A program made the position numbers and the translations under genes. A DNA stretch of 62,342 nt, filler included, from Babesia bigemina (taxonomy: Eukaryota): NCBI RefSeq assembly GCF_000981445.1. It is 14 parts of 14 records of this genome, joined end to end, with 100 filler letters (N's around TTAATTAATTAA, not from the genome) between each part and the next. Parts side by side here need not be neighbours in the genome. Positions count along the whole stretch, not along the records: positions 18,982 to 30,141 come from NW_012236938.1; positions 30,242 to 41,750 come from NW_012236939.1; 12 more parts are not named here. One strand, given 5' to 3'. Shown piece by piece: positions 22,553-33,370 of this stretch (the first letter of the stretch is position 1; each line of letters starts with the position of its first letter). The notes beneath the pieces were generated by a model that worked only from the letters and a program-made list of their open reading frames with translations, was not told where the DNA came from and did no database searches.

Positions 22553-23316
22553 GCGATGTGGAGTGGATAAAGGGGCGATGTAGAGTGGGTCAAGGGGCGA
22601 TGTGGAGTGGATAAAGGGGCGATGTAGAGTGGGTTAAGGGCGATGTAGAGTGGGTTAAGGGCGATGTAGAGTGGATAAAGGGGCGATGTGGAGTGGATAA
22701 GGAGCGATGTAGAGTGGATAAAGGGGCGATGTGGAGTGGATAAGGGGCGATGTAGAGTGGGTTAAGGAGCGACGTAGAGTGGATAATAATCACCACTTGT
22801 GACCATGTCATCGCTGCCGTAACCATGTCATCGCTGTCGTAACCATGTCATCGCTGCCGTGACCACTAACTTGGTGAGGTGCTTGGTCATCACGTTGGTC
22901 ATGGCATTGGTCAACACTTTGGTCAGCACATTGGTCATGGCATTGGTCAACACTTTGGTCACCACTTTGGTCATGGCATTGGTCAGCACCTTGGTCAACA
23001 CCTTGGTCACCACGTTGGTCAGCACATTGGTCAGCACTTTGGTCACCACTCTGGTCAACACGTTGGTCAGCTGTTAGGTCAGCACTTTGGTCAGCACATT
23101 GATCAACACTGTCATCGCTGCCGTGTCCATGTCATCGCTGCCGTGCCCATGTCATCGCTGCCGTAACCACAACAATGTCATCGCTGCCGTGACCATGTCA
23201 TCGCTGCCGTAACCATGTCATCGCTGCCGTTACCATGTCATCGCTGCCGTGACCATGTCATCGCTGCCGTGTCCATGTCATCGCTGCCGTGACCATGTCA
23301 TCGCTGCCGTAACCAC
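22553..23316. repeat. Composite array: 23-bp (22553-22785), 20-bp (22798-22865), 12-bp (22870-23108), 20-bp (23109-23316)
   Basis: Direct inspection. Confidence 0.95.
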
Positions 23317-23339
23317 TAACTTGATCAGGTGCTTGGTTA

Positions 23340-23893
23340 ACACGTAGCTTGCGTGCTCGCTTAGCACTTTGCCTGGGTGCCAGCTTAGCACTTTGCCTGG
23401 GTGCTAGCTTAGCACGTTGCCTGGGTGCTAGCTTACCACTTTGCCTGGTTGCTAGGTTAGCACTATGCCTGTTTGCTAGCTTAGCACTTTGCCTGGGTGC
23501 TAGGTCAACACGTTGCCTGGGTGCTAGCTTAGCACTTTGCCTGTGTGCTAGCTTAGCACTTTGCCTTAGTGCTAGGTTGACACGTTGCCTGAGTGCTAGG
23601 TTACCACTTTGCCTGGTTGCCAGCTTAGCACTTTGCTTGTGTGCTAGCTTAGCACTTAGCCTGGGTGCCAGCTTACCACGTTGCCTGGGTGCTAGGTCGC
23701 CACGTAGCCTGGGTGCTAGGTCAACACTTTGCCTGGTCGCTAGGTCAGCACTTCGCCTGGTTGCTAGCTTAGCACGTTGCCTGGGTGCTAGCTTAGCACT
23801 TAGCTTGTGTGCTAGCTTAGCACTTAGCCTGGGTGCAAGCTTAGCACTTTGCCTGGGTGCTAGGTCAACACGTTGCTTGGTCAACACGTTGCT
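23340..23893 (-). repeat. 24-bp tandem repeat
   Basis: Reverse complement of the 16475 unit. Confidence 0.95.
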
Positions 23894-24036
23894 TTGTCTT
23901 ACAGTCATCACCTAATCTTGGTGCTATCTAGTTCACAGGTTGCCGCTAGAGTAATTCGAGACATTAGACTACGTTTGTTGGTTAGGTGAGTAGGTGATTC
24001 GCTAAGTGAGTGTAGTGATTAGAAACGTGAATACAA

Positions 24037-27000
24037 TTACGGCTGTAGATACGATATCTTGGCAAGCCTTCCGACTTGCGCTGCAGCCAACAGCGATTGC
24101 GCCGTTATTTTGTGCGATGACGGTATCCTCAGGTGTGAGCGTATGTGGAGCACATCCAGTCTGCCAACCATCACGCAGATGAGGTAGAAGAGGGAGAGTG
24201 ACCAGAGTGCGAGAACCATGTAGGTGAACGGCTCTCTGATGGTCCAAATGAAGTTGTCACATTCCTCAAATAATTTGGTGAAGTATTGCGATTTTAGCAG
24301 ATTACTCAGTTGTGTATTGAAACTAAGACAGTATTTTCGGTCAGGTCCATACAGCGTTTTTGCGTCGCCAAAAGTGAACCCGTATTGGTAGAACGTAGTC
24401 ATCACTCCACGACAGCTTATCAATGCGTTGCACTTACAGCTGTACTCGACACCATGCTTTCCCGGCTTGCACGAACATTTCGTACAACCGGAGCCTCCAC
24501 AATCAATCTGCTGGAACGCATCGAGCAACGATTTCAGGTAACTGTAGAATGTCCACGGCAGATATACAGCCCATGACAGGTAGAGATCGGCGTGCTTTTT
24601 GGCGAGGTACGTGTACGCATCGGAAGATGTGGAGCAGAGGTAGGGAGCGCAGTGAATATCCCTGTCATGAGGTAGATTGCATGATTCTCTTGACAGGCTC
24701 CACAAGTCAGCTTCCGTGGATTTGGAATGGCCCGAGCTGTTGTGGCCTGTTTGGTTGCGATATGCATTCTGCAGCGCACCTGTGAGTTTGCTTGTCTCCT
24801 TGTATAGCTCGATGGACAGCGCTTTGGTTTTTGTTTCAAAAGCTAAGCTGACATCATCACTGGCGGACTTGCCATGATCTAACATACTGCTTAGCGTCAA
24901 CGCAAATTGGAAGTGTTCGGGCAACGTAGATGGCGGCTTGGGCAGCAGACCGAACAGCATGTTAATATTCGAATTGTCGAAGAATTTGGTCAGCACGTTA
25001 CATATGTCCTTACCTGTCTTCGTGTATCCAGAGAAACCTCTGAAGCCAAGTGGTGTTATACATGGCGCACCGGGTAGGCTTTTGGGACACGTTTTACATT
25101 CGGACTTACATCCCGCTGAAACCAACTGGTGAGGCAGGCACCCGGGTAGGCAGTCGCGAAGATACGACATCAGCGGTGATCTAGGTAGGCAATCGGTCGA
25201 CTCCTCAGCAGGATGTTCACGGCATTGCCAATTGGAGTGTTTGACTCCTCTGCCGTACTGACAGCCGGACCAGCCGTGGTATGTAGCGCTTAGGCCGCAT
25301 TGAGTATGCAAAAATTTAAGCGAGGGTAGTAGTCTGCGAAGAATGTCCAATAGCATCTGGAGGCAATCTTCGCCCCTGGATGGGTAGTGAAAGTTCAGCG
25401 AATTGGTCGAGTAGTCAACGGCGTACATGGAGTACGCGTCCCCGGTTCCAGCGATTGTTGTGAGAATATCGTGGGATCTGGAACACAGGCGTTTCACTGC
25501 TCGCTGAGTATCATCCATCGCTATGTTTTGTGGATACGCTGCCAGGGGTTCGTCGCTGATATATGTGACGGGGATGCCATCGGCGTCTTCGGGCTGTTTA
25601 CTTGGATCGACGAATAGTTCACTGATAGCGTCATCCAACATATCTTGATACACGTTATTGCACGGGAGACCAGACACCCAGCAAAGCATCTCGAATATGT
25701 TACATGGACGTTTCCTCGCAGAGAAGGTGGCGACGTGGCAGACTTGGTAATATATCTGGAGACAGTCGTGCAGTGTATCCAGTGCGTTTTGCTTGGATTT
25801 ATCAATGTAATACAAGTGGTGTTCATCTTTCCCGAACATACGTTTGCAGATGAATAATCCTATCATGCCTTTACTGTCCTGCAGCTCCCAGTGCTTCTTC
25901 CCGTCCTCGGTAACTTTGTAGCCTTGAGTGGCAAAATATTTTCCGAGCTCTGTGTTCATGTTTATTTGATCGCTTTTACACCTTGCAACGCAGTACTTCA
26001 GTATAGTCTTGAACTCGGAATACAGGATGGAGAGCAGCGACAGGCACACTTTAGCGCATTTCGCGGAGTCTTCGGACGGGTAGTCTTTATTATTTGTTTT
26101 TTGTGACCAAACAATGCTATCGGCACCGTCATACACGTTCACGTACGCCTTTTCCAGCTCACCCACCAGCGCCGGGTACCCCCTTCTCAGCGCTTCCAAA
26201 ACTGACGGACTCTCACCATCGCCGAATTTCTCCGGAGTGAATTGGCCAAGTCGGTACTTAAGCCTTTGCAGGTTTTTTGTAAATCCGTGGTCGAAGTGCT
26301 GTGAATCTGCAAGGTCCTTGAGCAGCTTGTTGAGAGCGTCGTTGGGGGAGGAGATTTTGTCGAAGTCGAAGGTGAAGCCTTTTTGGGTGCGCAATGCATC
26401 AAAAAAATTGGCAAAGGATTGTTTTACTCTTTCTGCTAACTCGTGGAGTTTCTTCTGTTCCAGTGACTTTGGAGGTGGAGACGCCCTTGGGTAAAAGTCT
26501 TCAATTGGAACCATAAATCCGTCTTTGATTTTTTGCAACATACCCTTAATTGCGGTGTTACGATCTTCTTGAATGATCGTGAAAATGTTGCCAAGCTGTG
26601 TGTCAACTAATTTCCGGAGCGCTGCCAAGTCTGCTTCATGCCCCTTGGCAAACAGACTCCTCACCTCCTGGGTCAGTATCTCGATGGACTTTTTCACGGA
26701 TTCGGTAAGATCGTTTTGGACGCTGGTGATTGCACCCTGAAGGGCCTGGCGGGAGGAGAGGACGGCTGTTTTCAGTTTTTCAATGGCGGTGTCTAAAGTT
26801 TCGTTGGCGTCTCTCACAGTGACAGCGATGTTATTCAATTGCCATTTGAGTGTTTCCTTCAACTTATTTAACAGCTCTACAGCATCACTGGTTTTGCTAA
26901 CTACGGTTGAGGGAATTGTTTTGAGCCCACTAATGTGGCTGTCAATGAACTTTGCCGCATTTGTGAGCGCTGTATTGGCGGCGTACAATGATGGCATAAG

Positions 27001-29562
27001 GTGACTTAGATCTTCGCCAATCTTCGCAGCTAAGTCCCAACCCCCGCCTTTTTGACCAAATGCTTCCCGAACCTTCGACACAAGATCATCGGTAAGGTCT
27101 ACCCCAGTTCTGATCGCCGTTGTTAATACGTTTTTCCTATAATTAAAGTTATATTTTTTTTCGAGATTCACAATAATTCTGCCACTCGCTGCACTATCCT
27201 TAGTCATTTTGTTAACATGAGTTTTGACAGCATGAATGGCTTTGTCAAGGTCGCTGGCCGGAGCACCAATGAGATTCTTAGACAGTTCACCAGCCAAAAT
27301 TCGTGCCTCATCTACGTTCTTAAATTTACAATCGTTCAGCAATATTTCCACCATATTTGCAGCTTGCCTGGCGGTAGCGTAGAGAGCGGGAAGGGTATAT
27401 TCGACGGCTATCCCAAGGTTTGGATTGCTAATTTCCAATGGTTTATAGTGTGCTGATTGCAAAATGTTTCTCTCAACGTTCTTGGCTATTTTTTCGGCCA
27501 CATCCGTAATGACTTCGGATAACAGTTTAGCATCAAGCCCTCTAACAAATTCATTGATACAAGACACGACTTTCTGCAGCACCGTTTTGCTGTCATCCCG
27601 TTCATCAATAATAAGATTGACTTTGCCAATTTCTGCATTAAACTCCGATTTAATGGCAGCGATGATTTGGCGGCGAATGGCATCCACATTATCAAATCCA
27701 ATATTAAACTTATTCGCCAACTTGTAATCACGTTGACTTTGCTGAATATGTTGATCAATCTTCTTATCTTTAATTAAAATACTCTCAATCCACCCTCCCA
27801 AAACTTTATTTTCGAAATGTTGCTTAGTGAAGTTCTTACCATACGCCTCAACTGCACTAGCTATTCCCCCGAGGCCTTCTCTATTATTGTTATGACCATT
27901 CAGCAATTTTACAGCTTCGCCACTAATTTTGTTTACCGCTTCCTTTATAGTTTTTTTACACACAGCTCCATCAGTACCGATTGCGCTGCAAAGTTTTTCA
28001 ATCGCCGGATCAACTTTCTCCACATCCAGTTTCATATCCCACAACTTCTCCTTATACGCCTGTTCAAGCTCCTCTATGGCTATCGTAGCTTTTTTGACGT
28101 AAGCCGTCGCATGTTCCGCCAACTTATTATTGATGGTCGTTCTCAACTTCTCCAAATCATGTTTCACGAAATCACCCAACCCGGCAACGTAATCCTGGAC
28201 CGTTTTGATGTTGGTGGTGAACAGAGTGTCTACATCTCCTTTGACGAACTCCTCAATTGCCACTTTAATTTCCTTAAAATATCCAATAACCTTTTTATTA
28301 GAACCTTCACGGTAATCCCCCAGCTCCCTTTCTACTGCGTCCCTGGACATGTCAATCGCGGCTCGGATGGTTGACACTTTTTCTGCTTTACTCCGTATCA
28401 GACTTTCGACAGTAGAATTTATTTTTTCGAATTCGTTATGCAATGTATCGCGAAGTTTATGTGATTTCAAGTCTATCTGCTGTACTAATTCAGTCTGCTG
28501 TTTTCCCAACTCATCGTCCACTGCTTTCACCTGACTCACGAATTTTTTGTTATTTGACGACTCACGTAAGTGCTCTAAAACCTTTTTTATTGGTGTCATT
28601 TCACCATTCATTTTATTACTTAACTTAGTATCTAACAAATTGATTCTTTCTGTTTCGATTTTTCTGACCTCTTGCTTAAGGCTGTTAATTGCAGTGGTCC
28701 AAGCCGTCAGCTGTACATTAAGTTCGTTCGAGGAGTTGATTTTGCTACTTTTATCGATGATAGAAGTGTCATTTAATTTCACTAGCGCCGTTATCACTTC
28801 ACTGTTTTTTTCATCTAACTTATTCCCATACCCCTCCAACCACCTCTTCACCGCGCCGACAGCTTCCACAAGCCCAGCACGCCCGGAGCCAATTTTACTA
28901 TCTACAAGTTTTAGTACTTCATTAAGCTTTTTATTGTCTTCAGTGATGTAATTATCATAAGTTGTGACTTCATTTTCGTTTTTCACCGCACCAAGCACAC
29001 CACTCAAAAATCCCATCACCCCGTCACACATCCTGTCAAGGTCAGAGTACACAATCCCCTGGCCAGTGTAGCCTTTAGTGTCAGAGTCGAAGCCGAGGAA
29101 GGTTTCGATGCCGGAACATAGATTATCTAACAGCTTTTTAGGATCATTTGACGCATTATTACGATTAGTCAAAAATTCACAAAGCTTCTCCACTTCCTTC
29201 AAAGCGTCCAACTTGGACTGCAATTTGTCTGGGTCAGCAGAGGGAGTGGGGGAAGAAGGAAGATTATTAAGATGGTTATTAGGCTGTTTAAGTTGATCTT
29301 CAAGACGCTGAATTTCTGGAGTAACTAACTTACTAAGCTCACTAATTTTCACGGTGTCAACAGCCTGGTCAACAGACTTGACAGACTCAGAAAGCTTAGT
29401 AACATAAGGAGAGTAAAGCTTTTTTAGGTCATCATGACTGTTAATTTTAGCGATAATAGCATTCTCAACGGCTTTCTTAACACTCTCACTTTGACCAACA
29501 AATCCGCCAAGTTGACCAGCAAGGTGACCAAGGCTAATGAGCTTGGACTCAATGTCCTCCAA
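24037..29562 (-). CDS. ves1: Long VESA1-family gene (1841 codons, tail type B ...KISYLQP); first in-frame ATG at 29031
   Basis: GIVYSDLDRMCDGVMGFLSGVL block, long coiled-coil region, Cys-rich domain, TM and tail. Confidence 0.9.
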   Translation of the reverse strand: MEDIESKLISLGHLAGQLGGFVGQSESVKKAVENAIIAKINSHDDLKKLYSPYVTKLSESVKSVDQAVDTVKISELSKLVTPEIQRLEDQLKQPNNHLNNLPSSPTPSADPDKLQSKLDALKEVEKLCEFLTNRNNASNDPKKLLDNLCSGIETFLGFDSDTKGYTGQGIVYSDLDRMCDGVMGFLSGVLGAVKNENEVTTYDNYITEDNKKLNEVLKLVDSKIGSGRAGLVEAVGAVKRWLEGYGNKLDEKNSEVITALVKLNDTSIIDKSSKINSSNELNVQLTAWTTAINSLKQEVRKIETERINLLDTKLSNKMNGEMTPIKKVLEHLRESSNNKKFVSQVKAVDDELGKQQTELVQQIDLKSHKLRDTLHNEFEKINSTVESLIRSKAEKVSTIRAAIDMSRDAVERELGDYREGSNKKVIGYFKEIKVAIEEFVKGDVDTLFTTNIKTVQDYVAGLGDFVKHDLEKLRTTINNKLAEHATAYVKKATIAIEELEQAYKEKLWDMKLDVEKVDPAIEKLCSAIGTDGAVCKKTIKEAVNKISGEAVKLLNGHNNNREGLGGIASAVEAYGKNFTKQHFENKVLGGWIESILIKDKKIDQHIQQSQRDYKLANKFNIGFDNVDAIRRQIIAAIKSEFNAEIGKVNLIIDERDDSKTVLQKVVSCINEFVRGLDAKLLSEVITDVAEKIAKNVERNILQSAHYKPLEISNPNLGIAVEYTLPALYATARQAANMVEILLNDCKFKNVDEARILAGELSKNLIGAPASDLDKAIHAVKTHVNKMTKDSAASGRIIVNLEKKYNFNYRKNVLTTAIRTGVDLTDDLVSKVREAFGQKGGGWDLAAKIGEDLSHLMPSLYAANTALTNAAKFIDSHISGLKTIPSTVVSKTSDAVELLNKLKETLKWQLNNIAVTVRDANETLDTAIEKLKTAVLSSRQALQGAITSVQNDLTESVKKSIEILTQEVRSLFAKGHEADLAALRKLVDTQLGNIFTIIQEDRNTAIKGMLQKIKDGFMVPIEDFYPRASPPPKSLEQKKLHELAERVKQSFANFFDALRTQKGFTFDFDKISSPNDALNKLLKDLADSQHFDHGFTKNLQRLKYRLGQFTPEKFGDGESPSVLEALRRGYPALVGELEKAYVNVYDGADSIVWSQKTNNKDYPSEDSAKCAKVCLSLLSILYSEFKTILKYCVARCKSDQINMNTELGKYFATQGYKVTEDGKKHWELQDSKGMIGLFICKRMFGKDEHHLYYIDKSKQNALDTLHDCLQIYYQVCHVATFSARKRPCNIFEMLCWVSGLPCNNVYQDMLDDAISELFVDPSKQPEDADGIPVTYISDEPLAAYPQNIAMDDTQRAVKRLCSRSHDILTTIAGTGDAYSMYAVDYSTNSLNFHYPSRGEDCLQMLLDILRRLLPSLKFLHTQCGLSATYHGWSGCQYGRGVKHSNWQCREHPAEESTDCLPRSPLMSYLRDCLPGCLPHQLVSAGCKSECKTCPKSLPGAPCITPLGFRGFSGYTKTGKDICNVLTKFFDNSNINMLFGLLPKPPSTLPEHFQFALTLSSMLDHGKSASDDVSLAFETKTKALSIELYKETSKLTGALQNAYRNQTGHNSSGHSKSTEADLWSLSRESCNLPHDRDIHCAPYLCSTSSDAYTYLAKKHADLYLSWAVYLPWTFYSYLKSLLDAFQQIDCGGSGCTKCSCKPGKHGVEYSCKCNALISCRGVMTTFYQYGFTFGDAKTLYGPDRKYCLSFNTQLSNLLKSQYFTKLFEECDNFIWTIREPFTYMVLALWSLSLFYLICVMVGRLDVLHIRSHLRIPSSHKITAQSLLAAAQVGRLAKISYLQP

Positions 29563-29736
29563 AGCTTTTTAGTAGCATCATCAATAAAAGAATGGTCAGT
29601 ATCAGCAAGTACTTATAAAGGTTTATAGAGGTCATAGCGTTGATAAGACAAAGTAATTCGAGAGATTTGGACTTAGGGTGAACATGATGGGACATGGCAG
29701 TGGCAAGCGGTGGAAGAAGGGAAGTGAAGAGCGACA

Positions 29737-29794
29737 AGGCACAAGTTATTATTGTGGTTAATAGAGGTCATAGCGGTATTATGGCGAGGTAATT
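29737..29794 (-). promoter_or_regulatory. Conserved ves 5' leader (AATTACCTCGCCATAATACCGCTATGACCT...ATAACTTGTGCCT); also ~40345-40402, ~48868-48928, ~59947-60008 and ~60301-60362
   Basis: Five copies, each immediately after a 23-bp array; four are followed by a ves frame and the fifth runs into a contig end. Function unknown. Confidence 0.7.
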
Positions 29795-32700
29795 TGGGCG
29801 ATGTAGAGTGGGTAAAGGGGCGATGTGGAGTGGATCAGGGAGCGATGAAGAGTGGATAAAGCGGCGATGTAGAGTGGATTAGGGAGCGATGTAGAGTGGA
29901 TAAAGGGGCGATGTAGAGTGGGTAAAGGGGCGATGCAGAGTGGGTAAAGAGGCGATGTAGAGTGGGTAAAGGAGCGATGTAGAGTGGATAGAGGAGCGAT
30001 GTAGAGTGGGTAAAGGGGCGATGTGGAGTGGATAAGGGAGCGATGTAGAGTGGATAAGGGAGCGATGTGGAGTGGATAAAGGGGCGATGCAGAGTGGGTA
30101 AAGGGGCGATGTAGAGTGGATAAAGGGGCGATGTAGAGTGGNNNNNNNNNNNNNNNNNNNNNNNNNNNNNNNNNNNNNNNNNNNNTTAATTAATTAANNN
30201 NNNNNNNNNNNNNNNNNNNNNNNNNNNNNNNNNNNNNNNNNAGGGGCGATGTAGAGTGGATAAAGGAGCGATGTAGAGTGGAGTAAGGGGCGATGTAGAG
30301 TGGATAAAGGGGCGATGTAGAGTGGGTAAAGAGGCGATGTGGAGTGGATTAGGAGCGATGTAGAGTGGGTTAAGGGGCGATGTAGAGTGGATTAAGGGGC
30401 GATGTAGAGTGGATAAGGGGCGATGTAGAGTGGGTTAAGGGGCGATGTAGAGTGGATTAAGGGGCGATGTAGAGTGGATAAGGGGCGATGTAGAGTGGGT
30501 TAGGGAGCGATGTAGAGTGGGTTAAGGGGCGATGTAGAGTGGACTAAAAGGCGATGTAGAGTGGATTAGGGAGCGATGTAGACACGGTTAAGGAGCGATG
30601 TGGAGTGAGTTAGGGGGCGATGTGGAGTGGAAAAAGGAGCGATGTAGAGTGGGTAAAGGGGCGATGAAGGGAGGTTAAGGAGCGATGGAGACTGGGTTAG
30701 GGAGCGATGTAGAGTGGGTTAAGGGGCGATGAAGGGTGGGTTAGGGAGCGATGTAGAGTGGGTAAAGGGGCGATGTAGAGTGGGTCAAGGGGCGATGTGG
30801 AGTGGGTTAAGAGGGCGATGTAAACTGGGTTAAGGGGCGATGTAGAGTATGTTAGGGGCGATGTAGAGTGGGTTAGGGACGCGATGTAGATGTGGGTATA
30901 GGAGCGCATGTAGAGTGGATAAAGGAGCGATGTAGAGTGGATAAAGGATGCGATGTAGCGTGGATAAAGGGGCGATGTAGAGTGGGTAAAGGAGCGATGT
31001 AGAGTGGGTTAAGGAGCGATGTAGAGTGAATAAAGGGGCGATGTAGAGTGAATAAAGGGGCGATGTAGAGTGGATTAAGGGGCGATGTAGAGTTGATAAA
31101 GGAGCGATGTAGAGTGGGTAAAGGGCGATGTAGAGTGGATAAAGGGGCGATGTGGAGTGGGTAAGGGACGATGTAGAGTGGGTTAGGGAGCGATGTAGAG
31201 TGGGTTAAGGGGCGATGTAGAGTGGGTTAAGGGGCGATGTGGAGTGGGTAAAGGGGCGGTGTAGAGTGGGTTAAGGGGCGATGTGGAGTGGGTAAAGGGG
31301 CGGTGTAGAGTGGGTTAAGGGGCGATGTAGAGTGGGTTAGGGAGCGATGTAGAGTGGGTTAAGGGGCGATGTAGAGTGGGTTAGGGAGCGATGTAGAGTG
31401 GGTTAAGGGGCGATGTAGAGTAGATTAGGGGCGATGTAGAGTGGGTTAAGGGGCGATGTAGAGTGGATAAAGGGGCGATGTAGAGTGGATAAAGGGGCGA
31501 TGTGGAGTTGATAAAGGGGCGATGTAGAGTGGGTTAGGGAGCGATGTAGAGTGGGTTAAAAGGCGATGTGAAGTGGATAAAGGGGCGATGTAGAGTGGGT
31601 AAAGGGGCGATGTAGAGTGGATAAAGGGGCGATGTAGAGTGGATAAAGGAGCGATGTAGAGTGGGTAAAGGAGCGATGTAGAGTGGATAAAGGGGCGATG
31701 TAGAGTGGATAAAGGGGCGATGTAGAGTGGAGTAAGGGGCGATGTAGAGTGGGTTAAGGGGCGATGTAGAGTGGATAAAGGAGCGATGTAGAGTGGAGTA
31801 AGGGGCGATGTAGAGTGGATAAAGGGGCGATGTAGAGTGGGTAAAGAGGCGATGTGGAGTGGATTAGGAGCGATGTAGAGTGGGTTAAGGGGCGATGTAG
31901 AGTGGATTAAGGGGCGATGTAGAGTGGATAAGGGGCGATGTAGAGTGGGTTAAGGGGCGATGTAGAGTGGATTAAGGGGCGATGTAGAGTGGACAAAGGG
32001 GCGATGTAGAGTGGGTTAGGGAGCGATGTAGAGTGGGTAAAGGGGCGATGTAGAGTGGATAAAGGGGCGATGTAGAGTGGGTAAAGGGGCGATGTGGAGT
32101 GGGTAAGGGAGCGATGTAGAGTGGATAAGGGGCGATGTGGAGTGGGTAAGGGAGCGATGTAGAGTGGATAAGGGGCGATGTAGGGTGGGTAAAGGAGCGA
32201 TGTGGAGTGGATAAAGGAACGATGTAGAGTGGGTTAGGGAGCGATGTAGAGTGGGTTATGGAGCGATGTGGAGTGTGTTAAGGGGCGATGTAAGGTGGAT
32301 AAGGGAGCGATGTAAAGTGGGTTAAGGGGCGATGCAGAGTGGATAAAAAGGCAATGTGGAGTGGATAAAGGAGCGATGTAGAGTGGGTTAGGGAGCGATG
32401 TAGAGTGGGTAAAGGAGCGATGGAGAGTGGGTTAGGGAGCGATGTAGGGTGGGTTAAGGGGCGATGTAGAGTGGGTAAGGGAGCGATGTAGAGTGGATAA
32501 AGGGGCGATGTAGAGTGGATAAAGGGGCGATGTAGAGTGGGTTAGGGAGCGATGTAGAGTGGGTTAAGGGGCGATGTGGAGTGGATTAGGGAGCGATGTA
32601 GAGTGGGTTAAGGGGCGATGTAGAGTGGGTTAAGGAGCGGTGTTGAGTGGGTTAGGGAGCGATGTAGAGTGGGTAAGGGGCTATGTAGAGTGGATAAAGG

Positions 32701-33070
32701 AGCGATGTGGAGTGGGCTAAGGGGCGATGTAGAGTGGATAAGGGAGCGATGTAGAGTGGATAAAGGGGCGATGTAGAGTGGGTTAGGGAGCGATGTAGAG
32801 TGGATTAAGGGGCGATGTAGAGTGGATTAAGGAGCGATGTAAGGTGGGTTAGGGAGCGATGTAGAGTGGGTAAAGGAGCGATGTAGAGTGGGTAAAGGGG
32901 CGATGTAGAGTGGATAAAGGGGCGATGTAGAGTGGGTTAAGGAGCGATGTAGAGTGCATTAGGGAGCGATGTAGAGTGGGTTAAGGGGCGATGTAGAGTG
33001 CATTAGGGAGCGATGTAGAGTGGGTTAAGGGTCGATGTGGAGTGGGTAAAGGGGCGATGTGGAGTGGGTA
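29795..33070. repeat. 23-bp G-rich arrays (29795-30141 and 30242-33070, separated by a linker)
   Basis: Direct inspection; more than 100 units. Confidence 0.98.
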
Positions 33071-33092
33071 ATAATCACCACTTTGGTCACCA

Positions 33093-33272
33093 CTGTCGCC
33101 GCTGCCGTGACCATGTCATCTCTGCCGTGACCATGTCATCGCTGCCGTGACCATGTCATCGCTGCCGTGTCCATGTCATCGCTGCCGTAACCATGTCATC
33201 GCTGCCGTAACCATGTCATCGCTGCCGTGACCATGTCATCGCTGCCGTGACCATGTCATCGCTGCCGTGACC
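33093..33272. repeat. 20-bp tandem repeat
   Basis: CCATGTCATCGCTGCCGTGA units. Confidence 0.95.
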
Positions 33273-33370
33273 ACTAAATTGGTCACCTCACTGCTTATGT
33301 GATTGGCCATCAACGCACTCATTACTCTGTCTAGCACATTAGATGTCAGTTGCCAGTCAGGTTATTGTAA

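Noticed and set aside
22828..23915. Long low-complexity ORFs (STLV, GQH, LALCLGAS repeats; also 49775-50214, 51047-51849 and 56527-57472)
   Set aside because: They arise from tandem repeats that are open in several frames on both strands, with no conserved start or stop.
24310..29296. Many short antisense and alternative-frame ORFs within ves genes
   Set aside because: Shadow ORFs of long coding sequences, with no independent support.
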